A DNA stretch of 63,594 bases, counting the filler, from Chiloscyllium plagiosum (lineage: Eukaryota), in the NCBI RefSeq assembly GCF_004010195.1. It is 5 parts of one record of this genome, joined end to end, with 100 filler letters (N's around TTAATTAATTAA, not from the genome) between each part and the next. Parts side by side here need not be neighbours in the genome. Positions count along the whole stretch, not along the records: positions 26,294 to 43,050 come from NC_057716.1; positions 43,151 to 61,487 come from NC_057716.1; 3 more parts are not named here. One strand, written 5' to 3'. Numbering within the stretch: position 1 is the first letter of the stretch; the number at the start of each line of letters is the position of its first letter. The notes beneath the pieces were generated by a model that ran no database searches, was not told the origin of the DNA, and worked only from the letters and a program-made list of their open reading frames with translations. The position numbers were made by a program, and so were the translations under genes. Of this stretch, positions 35,763 to 48,700 are shown piece by piece.

Positions 35763-38700
35763 TAATTTAGAGAGCTGATAGTTCGACCCAAAAATCAAGA
35801 TTTCTTTTATGGACAGGAAAAATATATACCCACAACAAATCAGTGTTTTGTACTGTGATGAAGGCACAGGCACACAATTAACATTCAGACATTTCTTGGG
35901 ATTGAAGGGAGTAAAACATGCTTCAGAATGGTATCAGATTTCTGTAAAAACAAAACTTGTTCTTTGTTTTTTTAACTCAAAGGGTGAAGATCTGATTTGA
36001 ATAAAATAATTCACTCAGGAACAGAAGTTATACACTCCAATAGTGCGCCTAAAATTCATTAAGAATCAAGTCCCTGATCATCTCAGAAATATGCATCATT
36101 TATGGCTATTATTTATGCTAGACATTCATACTGAGTACTGCTCCTATCTCACTTTATTATTTTGTTGAACGTTCACATTGAACTTTTAGTTTTAAAGGCA
36201 ATTGGTCATAGCATTGAGACCCCACTTCCTGGAAAAGCAGAAGCAGTCTGTTCTGAAATCTCAGTTTAATTATGTAAGCATGCCTTGAGAGCTGTGTTCC
36301 AGAATCTGCTACAGCTATTGCAAATCTTGATTTTTTGATTATTCTAGTTTTATTTGTGTGCTCTTTGTACATTTCAGGTTTTAGCAATCTGATAACATCA
36401 CTTATAAATCATTTTACCAGCATGAATTGCAGCTGATTTGCAGCAGAACCACAATTAGTCCTTTAAGCAATTGTCAGCAATGATCCTTTTGCTATTTTTT
36501 GGTCGGATTTAATTTACACTCTTCTGGATTAATGATTCCACAATAACAAGCTTGCTTCTATTGACTAGCTTCCAGCATGGAGAGGCAATCTTTACCTTAA
36601 GTTTTGTAAACCAAACAATTCGGAAATCGGAATCTTTGACCTATGTGAACCTTGAGTTAAAAAACAAAGACAACAGCTTACTACTTAAGAAGCAGATTTG
36701 CCCATCTTTAATTCAGTGTTGGTTTTACTTCTGTAAATCATGTGATGTGTTTTATTTCAGATAGTGCCCCAATTTTCATGAGTTCAATGACTGGTCTATC
36801 ATCCTGTCCTCAACATGATAATGCCTGCCTGTTTAATTATTTTCCTAAATCTGAGGTAGATTTCAAGAAGCAGTGCAGATGTTGTAACTGTGGAAGTAAT
36901 TATTCAGTTTTGTCTTCAAACTGCCTCTGACAAAAACAGGAAGCAGATCAGTCACCGGCAGCATGTGGCTCAAGATCAGAGGATCTCAACCTTAGGCCTT
37001 GTGGAGAAATAATGGGAGGAAGGACTTCATTTGACACAACACCTTCATTAAACTTGTAGGTTAGCAGGAACAATGTTGATCGCAGTTTAACAATGACAAG
37101 AAAAACTTGACAAATGGCTTTTTGGATTTCCCCTTTGTGTCAAAGTCTGAAGAGAAACATATCTTTGATTTACCATTAGCTCTGTATTTAAACGGTGTTG
37201 GGTTAGAGCCTAGAATGGTGGAGGGAGCGGGGGTGTGGGAGCTGGAACTCTTTAATATGAAAGGCAGGGTGATCAAGTGCAGTGCTTCCCTTCTCTGCTG
37301 AGTCAAGATAGCCCATGACAGCTTTTGCAGTGATGGTTTGCACCTGGAGTCATGTTATCCTAAACAAAGGTATTTTACTTTGCGTTCTGATCTCAAACCA
37401 CATTAGTTTTCAAAAATTGTTCACTCAATAAAGTATTCCCAAATAAGCATACCATTAATTACATATGGCTTTATTATCTAGAAGATATGGCTTTTAAGTA
37501 TAGTTTCACTGTGGTTAACTGCATCATTTTCGCCACGCGACATTCATGCAAGGAAGTGTGTAAATTTACCTTTTATAAAGATATACCTGAAAGTTGCTTT
37601 TGATTAAAATTTACCTTTGGTACATTTTTGCTTCTATTTTGAAACAGTGATCCTTAATTCCCCATTTATACATATCAGAGGTCAGTCCTGTTGTGAAATG
37701 GCCTCTGCTAAGTTACTGAACAAACAATAAACTAAAATAATCCTTAAAACGTGCCCTTCACTGGCATATTGTAGAGGAGAATCAGCTTTATATCCCTGAC
37801 TTATCTCCAGTATACAATTATCTGGATTTCTGCAAAGTAATTCTCATGTGCTAAGAATTGGACCCATAACACTATTGTAGAACAAGTGGGTCAAAGGAGT
37901 AGGATATGCCAAATTAAAATTATCTGGAAAAGAAACCATTGCAATCAGAAAAAGATTTTCTGTGACTGACTAAGCAGGTACCATTGCGCAAAGATGTGGA
38001 ATTTACTCTCTGCATGCTCGAACATATGTTTTAGTCTGATGACTGTCCTGCATTTTGTGGCACTATGATGTTGTTTGTTCTCAAGGTGCAATCATATCTA
38101 CACCGAAGCGCAGAACTGATTGGGAATAAACCATGTGTCTGAGATTGACGATATTCCCCTAGCTTTGAACTGCCTTGAAAGGGGCAACGTTGCCATAGTA
38201 AAGTGTCTTGCAAGACCTTTAGCCATGTTTAGAAATGGAGTCCATGATATCAACACAAAATCTGTTTTGCATAAGTATAACATCTTGCTGCAGTACAAAT
38301 GTTACCCTGACAGCCAACATGGTAGCACAGCAACTGAATTTTTGGACCAAGCCTGTTCCTGGCATTCCAGGAACTCAGCCTGCCCAAACTTTCCTATACT
38401 GTAACTGATCCTCCAAATGTAATAGCTTCTCTGATGTTAAAAACTATGCACTTTTCACAAATTCTGCATGGAATGATATTTGAATATGACATATGAAGTA
38501 GGAGTCATCAACATTTAATGTGTTTGGATGACTTCAAAAACTGAGTGTTTATCGAAAAAGAATCAAAGAACATCAAACCCTGAGCTGCATTATATTGACT
38601 TCCTCTTATTTTATCTATCAAATAAAGTTTTTGTTAATACATCAGATTTCAGATGTCACACTGTGCTGAACAATAAATCAGAAGTGGTCATTTTTAAGAA

Positions 38701-40449
38701 AGGGCCCAAAAGCAGACCAAAAGCCAATATTTAACTCTGACTGATTCAGAATGTGTCTAATAGTAACTGGACTCCATTTACCCTCATGATTTACAAGAAT
38801 TAAACCTTGTGGTGTTAAACAGAATAGGCTGATTAAATTCCAATTTACTTGTGTGAGTAAATAATAGATTGTATATTAAATGGCATTACTGTTTTGTTGA
38901 TGACAGCAAATCCTTGACCTTACTGTGAGCAATGCCATGGGTTTTTTTGCTGGATAGCAATACCACTTGTTAAAATTTTCATTGAAACTATTTTACCTGC
39001 ACATTATTTGGCTATCGCTTCTCCATAATGAAGACACATGTCACATGATATCGGAAAAAGAAAATGGATTCATTGAAAAAGAGCTCTGCAAAATGATAGG
39101 GGAAGAAATTGTACAAGGAAATGTTTCACTATAATTTATTAGGATATTTCATGTAAGATTTAAATTGCATTGACTTGTGAGATTTTATGTTTCACAATGA
39201 TGTTGTAAACTTGCACAGAAAGAAACAAGAATTTTTTGAAATGTTTAGCTTTTTGTGCAAACTAATCAAAGTAAACATTAAGAACGTGTGTAGGGCAGGA
39301 ATTTGTGTAAGATTACAACTTAGAGATGATTAAATGCCTGATCTAGATAGCAGTTAAACATACACAGCTAGCAAAAGAAATGGATGAAGGTTGTAACTAC
39401 TTTTATTTACAATGTTGTTATGTTTTATTATTGTGCATTAAATAAATCTATCTAGCTTTTTAGTTAGTAATTTTAAATTTATATATACATGCAATGAATA
39501 TATATGGAATTTTAAGATGATTACTAACTTAGGAACACAGGAGCAGGAATATGCCATTAAGCTATGCAATCTTTCTCCAATATTCTAGCTCATAGCAGAC
39601 CATCTACCTCAATGCCTTATGTCCATGCTATCCCTGTATTCTTTGTTATCAATAATAGGTAGAAATCAATAAATTTCTCCCCTAAACTCATTTGATGTCT
39701 GAGTTTACACAGCCCATTGGCACAGAGAAACTCAAAGTCTCATTCTCCTCGGAGTAAAGAAGTTCTTCCTCATCACAGATCTAAATTTTATCCTTTCATT
39801 CTGCGACTGTCCCTTGTTCTAGACCAACGATATGTGTCCAGTTAGTACTAATGTTGCACTGAAAACTTTTTCCACACTATAGATTATTTTGGAAAAGTGC
39901 AATGCCACAAGAATTATTGACCTACTATTTGTACATACTCTACCCTGATTCCAATTTCAACCTTCATCTAGGGTAGCAGCAATTTGTCAAACATGTGTTC
40001 CCTTAAGTGTGTTTTGAGTCAATTGTTGGCAAGATTATTCAAAAAGAATAGCAATACTGAACAATTAGAACTAGGTTTGAATAGTAACAAATAGTTGAAA
40101 ACCTGTTTCAAATCATTTATACCATTCCCATGGCCCTAATTAAGTAAGTTATGTTCAATATGTACATGGGTTTCAAAAGCAATTTGCAGCAAGATTAGAT
40201 GTACTTGAAAAAGAATATAGGAATGGCTTTATTATGATTAAGATGACATACAGAAAAAAAATGTTTATTTAGGTATAAAATAAATAATTTTCTTAGAAAT
40301 TATGCTTTGAATACAATTATAGATACACAGAAGTACATCTCTGTTCCAGTATTTTATTCAATATATATAAATATTATTAAATAGGTTTGGATATTTTGCA
40401 CATGGGTTTAAAAGTGAGATGCATTTTAAGTTGTTGAAAAGAGGGAGGG

Positions 40450-40910
40450 GATGGTGAGGTAGTCACACTGTCACTGAACCATCGATATGGAGTTCAAGGC
40501 TGATGATATGGGAACCTGGATTCAAATCCCAACATAGTAGCTGATTAAATATAAATTTGGTTTATAATTCTGGAATGTAACACTGGTATCCGTAATAGTG
40601 ACTTTGACAATTATAGTTTAAATTGTAGAAACACATATGATTCACTAATGCCTTTTGAAAGAGGGAAATCTGTCATCTTTTATTTGTCTGGTCATAATGT
40701 GACTGAATTTACACCAATGTGGTTGACTCTTAACTGCCCTCTGAAATGATTAAGAGGAACAGAAGTGGGCTATTTCATCCCCTGTGTCTGCTCTACTGGT
40801 CAATATGGTCATGGCTGATCAATGAACTCAGTACCTTTTTCTTGCCTTGGTCCTAATCACTTTGATCCCGCTCATGGATAATTAAGGGTGGGAAACAAGT
40901 GCTGGTTGAT
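40450..40910 (+). mobile_element. tRNA-derived SINE (second family) with a nested CR1 3' end at ~40755-40875
   Basis: B-box-like ggattcaaatccc (~40518); tgtggttgactcttaactgccctctgaaatg. Confidence 0.6.
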
Positions 40911-41169
40911 GTAAAATCACGCAAGGGCTTCAGTTTACCACAATTGGCTACACATGGGCATGTTGCCATATGGCATGCACAGTAACTGTTACATTACAGA
41001 TAATTTACCACCTTGGGTTTGGGGGGGAGAGGCTCTGGAATACAATGAAATAATACACACATAGGTGAAAACTTAGTGTCAGCCCTTGCTTTTGATACCC
41101 CCATCCCATTCTTCCTGTGACCTCCACCCCCCATTGAGGAGTCCCACCACCCATATCATCTGAATTGCT

Positions 41170-42745
41170 CATATTGTCCCGTTGTTTAAGAAGGGAGCAG
41201 GGATAATCCAGGTAATCACAGACCTGTGAGTCTGACGTCAGTGATAGGGAAGCTGCTGGAGAAGATACTGAGAGATAGGATCTATTTACATTTGGAAGAA
41301 AATGGGCTTATCATGGTTTTGTGCAGGTAAGGTCATGTCTTATCTACTTAATAGAATTCTTTGAGGAAGTGAAAACGTTGATTGATGAGGGAAGGGCCGT
41401 AGATATCATATACATGAACTTCAGTAAGGCTGATGGAGAAGGTGAAGTCACATGGGGTCCAGGTTATACTCACTAGATGGATAGAGAACTGGCTGGGCAA
41501 CAGGAGACAGGGTAGTAGTGGAAGGGAGTTTCTCAAAATGGAGAACTGTGACCAGTGTGTCCCACAGGGATCTGTACTGGGACCACTGTCATCTATAATA
41601 TACATAAATGATCTGGAGGAAGGTATAGGTGGTATGATTAGTAAGTTTGCAGATGACACTAAGATTGGTAGAGTAGCAGATAGTCAGTGTGTCCCACAGG
41701 GATCTGTACTGGGACCACTGTCATCTGTAATATACATAAATGATCTGGAGGAAGGTATAGGTGGTATGATTAGCAAGTTTGCAGATGACACTAAGATTGG
41801 TAGAGTAGCAGATAGTGAAGGGGACCGTCAGAGAATGTAGCAGAATATAGATAGTTTGGCGTGTTGGGCGGAGAAACGGCAGGTGGAATTCAATCCAGAC
41901 AAATACAGGGTGATGCATTTTGAAAAATCCAATTCAAGAGCGTACTCTACAGTAAATGGAAAAGCACTGGGGAAAATTGATGTCTAGAGAGATCTGGGGG
42001 TTCAGGGCCATTGTATCCTTAAGGAGGCATCACAGATCGACAGAGTAGTCAAGAAGGCATACAGCATGCTTTCCTTCATCAGATGGGGTTATTGAGTACA
42101 AGAGTTGGCAGATCATGTTACAGTTGTATCGGACTTTGGTTCAAACTCATTTGGAATACTGCATTCAGTTCTGGTCACCACATTACCAAAAAGAACTGGA
42201 TGCTTTGGAGAGGGTGCAGAAGAGGTTGTCCAGGACGTTGCCTGGTATGGAGTGTGCTAGCTATGAAGAGAGGTTGCATAGATGGGGATTATTTTTATTA
42301 GACAGACGGAGATTGAGGATGGACCTGATTGAGGCTTACAAAATCATGAAAAATATAGACAGGGTGGATAGCAAGAAGCTTTTTCCTAGGGTTCATGAGT
42401 TCAAGGTAAGAGGGGACAAGTTTAAGGGAGATATATGTGGAAAATTCTTTCTGCAGAAAGTGGTGGGTGTCTGGAACATGTTGCCAGTGGAAGTGGTGGA
42501 GGTGGGCATGATAATGTCATTTAAGATGTATCTAGACAGATACATGAATAGACAGGGAGCAGAGGGATACAGATCAAAGAACAAAGAACAAAGAAAATTT
42601 ACAGCCCAGGAACAGGTCCTTTGGCCCTCCAAGCCTGAGATCCCCAGAAAATAGGTAACAGGTTTAGATAGAGGATCTAGATTGGCGCAGGCTTGGGGGG
42701 CTGAAGGGCCTATTTCTGTGCTTTAATGCTCTCTGTTCTGTGTTC
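41170..42745 (+). mobile_element. CR1 ORF2 RT plus 3' end with an in-frame 132-bp tandem duplication
   Basis: IVPLFKKG, VPQGSVLGP..SKFADDTK twice, LYRTLVQTHLEYC; tctgttctgtgttct tail. Confidence 0.95.
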
Positions 42746-42834
42746 TTTGTCCCCTCGTCTTGCATCTTCTGTGATCCTGAGACTTCAAGTATAGGTTTCT
42801 ACCAACAATAAATGGCCCCTTGATAACGGTCTTC

Positions 42835-43050
42835 TGGATCAGTGGTGCTGGAAGAGCACAGCAATTCAGGCAGCATCCGAGGACAGGCAAAATCGACATT
42901 TCGGGCAAAAGCCCTTCATCAGGAATAAAGACAGAGCCTAAAGCGTGGAGAGATAAGCCAGAGGAGGGTGGGGGTGGGGATAGAGTAGCATAGAGTACAA
43001 TAGGTCAGTGGGGGAGGAGATGAAGGTGATAGGACAGGGAGGAGAGGGTG
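42835..43050 (-). mobile_element. PLE-A 3' end running into the gap; hammerhead motif ~42892-42926
   Basis: Reverse complement attcCTGATGAagggcttttgcccGAAAtgtcgatt. Confidence 0.9.
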
Positions 43051-43150
43051 NNNNNNNNNNNNNNNNNNNNNNNNNNNNNNNNNNNNNNNNNNNNTTAATT
43101 AATTAANNNNNNNNNNNNNNNNNNNNNNNNNNNNNNNNNNNNNNNNNNNN

Positions 43151-43770
43151 CCACCCAGGTAAATAGTGTGGTGAAGAAGGCATATGGCGTACTGGCTTTT
43201 ATTGGTAGAGGAATTGAGTTCTGGAGTACTGAGGTCATGTTGCAGTTTTATAAGACTCTGGTGCAGCCTCATCTGGAGTATTGTGTGCAGTTTTGGTCGC
43301 CATAGTATAGGAAGGATGTGGAGGCACTGGAACGGGTGCAGAGGAGGTTTACCAGGATGTTGCCTGGTATGGTAGGAAGATTGTATGAGGAAAGGCTGAG
43401 GCACTTGGGGCTGTTTTCATTGGAGAAAAGAAGGTTTAGGGGTGACTTGATAGAGGTGTACAAGATGATTAGGGGTTTAGATAGGGTTGACCATGAGAAC
43501 AATTTTTCACGTATGGAGTCAGCTATTACAAGGGGGCATAGCTTTAAATTAAGGGGTGGTAGGTATAGGACAGATGTTAGTAGATTCTTTACTCAGCGAG
43601 TTGTGAGTTCATGGAATGCCCTGCCAGTATCAGTGGTGGACTCTCCCACTGCTTGGATAGGCATATGGAGGATAGTGGGCTAGTGTAGGTTAGGTGGGCT
43701 TGGATCGGCAGAACATCGAGGGCCAAAGGGCATGTACTGCGCTGTATTTTTCTATATTCTAAGTTCTAAC
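43151..43770 (+). mobile_element. Young CR1 3' end
   Basis: Same subfamily as 14913-15551. Confidence 0.95.
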
Positions 43771-43950
43771 CTATGCACCCCATCAATTCACTGTTGTCGA
43801 TGTGCAAGTCCAGCATATTGATTGTCATAAAAATAAATCTGGTTTACTAATATTCTTTAGGAAAGAAAATCTGTCATCCTTACCTATCTGCCCTAGATGT
43901 GACTATAGATTCAGTCACATGACTCTTAATACACCTCAGAAGTGGTCCAC

Positions 43951-44042
43951 CAAGAAGGACTTTTGCCAGAAATGTTGATTTTCTGCTCCTCGGACACTGC
44001 CTGACTTGCTGTGCCATTCCAGCACCACTCTAATCTAGACTT
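43951..44042 (+). mobile_element. Short PLE-A terminus inserted in a SINE, possible TSD caccaag
   Basis: aagaaggacttttgccagaaatgttgatt..ccagcaccactctaatctagac flanked by caccaag. Confidence 0.7.
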
Positions 44043-44897
44043 TCACCAAGTCATTTTGCTCAAGGATGGGCGAAATTTATGGCTATAAGAGCTGGTCCTT
44101 TTTTAAGGGTTTTAAGGTGTTGGAAGTGATTTCCTTGATTTCTTGGAGCAGTAATTACTGATTTTTAAGCTGTTGCATTGTTTTGAAGTTTTGGGAAAAC
44201 AGTCTGACCAAATAATATAGCTTTTATCATTTTTTTATTATCCATTCCTGCCTGAAAAGCAATATGAATATATGTTGAAAATCTGCATTGAGCTGGCCTT
44301 GCTAGTCTTGCCAAAAAATGCCCACATCACAGGAAAGAATAACAAAACATCCCATATAATTCTGAAGAATAATGGCAACAATGTATGCAGTAATACAGCT
44401 GTCTCTAACAGAAGCAACTATAATACTGTAAATTCATATTTATTCAAAGTTGATAGCTGAATCCTCAGTTGTAGGCATAAGTTATGTAATCCTTGAAAGG
44501 TTTGTCTTATTGCATGTAAGCATCTGTTTAATACCAACATCAGTTGACTGCATATAACAATATTCTACTACATGTATTCAATGTCATCATATTCCTTATC
44601 AAAACAATTCTAATAGAACTGCAATCCCAAAAGCATGTAAACAATTGCAGAATATAAAGGCTCTCCATATCATCAAATGAAAACTTGCCAACTGAATGAA
44701 GTTTTGCTTTTTAATTTGTTTGTTCATTGTTTACCTAGTTGATATAATTACTTTAGGAGGAAAAGAGTTTACTTTTAGAAAATCTAATTCACAGATTTAG
44801 TCTCTTAGTTTTCTCTGACTATTATAAAGTACACAAGATGTAGTTTTGTTGATGACTTCAGTTCAATTGGTAGTAGCCAGTTATTTTCAAGAATTTA

Positions 44898-45211
44898 GGC
44901 TGCACGGTGGCTCAATGGTTAGCACTGCTGCCTCACAGCACCAGAGTCTCAGGTTTGATTCCAACCTCGGACGACTGTCTGTGTGGAGTTTGCACATTTT
45001 CCCCGTGTTGGTGTGGGTTTCCTCCGGGTGCTCCGGTTTCCTCCCACAGTCCAAAGATGTGCAGGTCAGGTGAATTGGCTATGCTAAATTGCCCATAGTG
45101 TTAGGTGCATTAGTCAGAGGGAAATGGGTCTGGGTGGGTTACTCTTTGGAGGGTCGGTGTGGACTGGTTGGGCTGAAGTGCCTGTTTCCACACTGTAAGG
45201 AATCTAATCTG
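44898..45211 (+). mobile_element. HE1 (V-SINE), near full length
   Basis: Pol III A box tggctcaatggtt (44908), B box ggtttgattcc (44952), V domain, CR1-like 3' tail, aatctaatct end. Confidence 0.92.
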
Positions 45212-45594
45212 ATAAAACAAATCATTATTGAACATAAATATCATTTTAAAAATATTTTCTGAATTTTCCAGAAACACAAAGTTCCTTGTAAGCTGTGCTG
45301 CAGAAAACGTTCCCTTTAAGATATACCTGTGCATTAACATGTTAAAAACTGAAAGAGACCATGACTTGAACAAATGACCCAGACATTTCAAACAAAAATG
45401 AAGAGAGAATGAATTAATGGGATACCCTTCAAACTTTTTCATATTTACCATTGGGCTTGCCGTGATAAGTTGTTTTTAACTGAACCTAAGTTTCAAAATG
45501 GCTGACAATGAAATACACTGGAAAACCGCTTTCTGCTTGTCATCAACATGAAGATTAGCTAAACAACTGAAGCAAGAAGGATGTAGTCTCAATA

Positions 45595-45743
45595 AAAAAA
45601 AAAGCTGCAGATGCTGTAAATCAGAAACAAAACCAGAAATTGCTGGAAAAGCTCAGCAGGTCTGTTCACTTGACCCAAAATGTTAATTATGATTTCTCTC
45701 TACAGATGCTGCTGGATCTGCTGAGCTTTTCCAGCAATTTCTG
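45595..45743. mobile_element. Fold-back PLE-C terminus, internally deleted
   Basis: cagaaattgctggaaaagctcagcag ... ctgctgagcttttccagcaatttctg inverted pair. Confidence 0.8.
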
Positions 45744-48700
45744 TGGACGTATTTGTAACCATTTAAAAAAATTGAAAATATTGAATGGACTTGAGAACTA
45801 TCAAAAAAGACAAATTGAGTTTTCATTTCACATACCATGCAAGGTCAAACCATCTCAAATTAACTCACTGTCTCAACATTTGTTGTTGCTAATGTACCAC
45901 AGAGGAACCAGCCAATTCCTGTTCATCCTAATCTAAATAAAGAGAAATCATAGAATTCTCTCAAAATTTTTGAATTCAGTTAGCAATTCGAAGCAAACTT
46001 TTTTGAACAATTGCAATTTTTGTCTAGTATTGAAAATGTTTGGCTGCGTTCTAATTATGCGATTACAAAATCAAGAAAAAAGAAAAAGTTCAGATGTTCT
46101 TCAATTCAGTACTTTATCATGTAATGTCATAGGCAGGAGCTTGCAAATGAAACTTGTAGAAAATCACAAGGTTGCCCAGGTACCTTTTCCTCCTGATAAT
46201 TAATTAAATAAATTACCTTAATAGCATTCCTTCTTGCAAGATAAGGTCTTTTGCAGAAAGTCTGAAGTCTCTTAAATAATTGTTGCGGTGTAGAGTATAG
46301 ATACACATCTGTAAGTAAATTAGAAGTTTTTGTGAAACAATCATCTAAGTATGTAAAAATCAAGATACTTTATTAATTCAAACTGTGTTTAGTTCTCTAT
46401 GGAGATTTAATGTAGATAGAACATTGCCATGATATTAGGTCCAGTAGAATGGATGTTTGGAAACACGTTATGTTTGTTTCATTGTTGAACAAAGTGGGTG
46501 CCACTGGCTAGGCCAGCATTAACTAATGATTGCTAATTGTCCTCGGGGTGGTGGTGAAGAATTGCCTTCTTAAACCAATGTATTTCGTGATGCTTTTTTT
46601 TAAGGGAGGGTGGGGGGTGGGCATTGAAAGATACTGACCCAGTAACAATGATGGAACAGTGATATAGTTCAAAGTCAGAATGTGAGTGGCTTGGAGAGAA
46701 ATTGATGTTGGATATAATTGACCTTCAAATGCTAACCCTTTGATGAGAACCTACACTCCTGCCAGAATTGAAACTTTGTACAACAGATAGTACAGGTTTA
46801 ATTGGTACTTCACATTGAAATATTTTAGTTTTTATTTGTGTCATTTTCAATGTGGATAGAAATGCACCTCATCACACCAAATGCTGTGTTAAAGTCAAGG
46901 GTAAGCAATTCCCTGGAATCACTCTCGCTCGATCGTGATTATTTCACTTCATATAACAATGATGCTGGTGGAGCAGGAACAGCTCGAATAAATTTTGTGG
47001 CCCGTGTCTTCAAATAGCAAAATAGGTGTCTGCACACTGTGTTTATTGGGCATGTCGTATTAAAGAGACATCTTCAAAATGGACTTCAACTCACTGGCAC
47101 TTCAAAATGCCAGACAGACAAGTATCCCAGGGATAGAAAAATGTATATCTTGGCCTGGAGTTTGACCATAGTTTGCAGTTGTGGTTCTGAATTCATGCTG
47201 GCTTTAAACTTGGTGCTTAAAGAAATGAAAGTTTTGTGGTGGAGACTGGAGTGCACAATTGGCAGTGTAGCAGTACAGTAAACCCAGCACTAACTTGCTT
47301 GTAAAAGCTGGGTAAAAGACTCTGGTAATCCATAACCAACTGATAAAATGGTGCATTTTACTAAGAGAAACCTATTGTATAAAGGAAGAGGGGAATTTTA
47401 GTGTTCTCTACATCGCAAATAACAAACAGTCTAATATACAATAAAATTCTTTGTAAATTTTAAATTCAGCAAAAAATTCAAAACATCTAATCAAGTATTT
47501 AATAAATCCAATTAAGAAACTAGCCAAGCTTCTTAACCAGAGAGTAGTTAGAATGTGGAACTTGATACCCCATGAAGTATAGGAAAATGGCACAGATTGA
47601 TATAAAAGAAAGTCAGGTATGACACAAAAAGGGACATGCAAAGATGACTTAGGTAAAGTATGGTTAGATTTTATGTGGAGGATAAACAACAACACAAACT
47701 ATTGGGCTGAAACGGACTTTTCTATGTCATAGATCCAATGCAATTCTAAATTATTTTATTCATATACCATTATTTTGTAGATCAAACATTTCTATTGCTC
47801 ACTTCCTTTGAAGGAGGGATATATTTAATCTTGTAATTATGCATAAGAAAATTTGAAAAATATTACATTTTAAAATTTAATTACTGATAGGTATTGACAA
47901 TTTTCTGATTACATAAACTTAAGATGTGAAATGAAGAACTGGAAGATTCTTTGGGTTCTACATGTTGTCCAAATGAACAAAGTTTTCCCACTGAAAGGCC
48001 TTTTTTTTGCTAGCCTTCATTAGCTTAATTTAGTCAATGGTATTAACTTCATTGAACCAGGATTTTAAGTTCCCACTTTTCAACTTTTATGCTTGCTTCA
48101 TATTCTTTTCACATTTGTTACTGACAATATTTTTCTAAAGTAAATTTAATACATTTGCCTAAGTTTTGTAAAACATACTGTATAGTCACAATTTCTATTT
48201 AACATCTTTTGAGAGGCAGGGGGATTTGGTGATGACTCTGCGTACCTTCAAGGGGCCTAGAATTTGACTGGGACAGAGATATCATCATTGAAAAGATAAA
48301 TGCCTTCACAGATAACACATGATCCATGTTATTTCTTAAATTAGTTTTGATTACTAGAAGGAATAGTAGAGGATTTTCAAGGTTCTTTTCCCTGTCACAC
48401 GTTCATGCACCTGTTGACTTACATTGCCTCCCAAAGTTTTCCTTGATTCCAAATCTTTGGATTTCAATTTTCCACCTCTAACCTCATTAAGGCTACAACT
48501 CTCAAAGTTCTCAACATTTTGCTCCAGGTCTCTTGTCCACCCCTGATTTTAGCCATTACTTCATTTGTGGCACTGTTTTCAGCTGTCTAGGACTTAACTC
48601 TGCAATTAACCTACACCTCGCCATTTTTCTACTGCTCTCTCCTGCTTCATGTAATTCATTAAAACCTGCCTCTTTATACAAACTTGATGGTAATCTTACT

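Noticed and set aside
44898..44970. tRNA gene
   Set aside because: The A and B boxes belong to the SINE head; I see no complete cloverleaf and the V domain follows directly.
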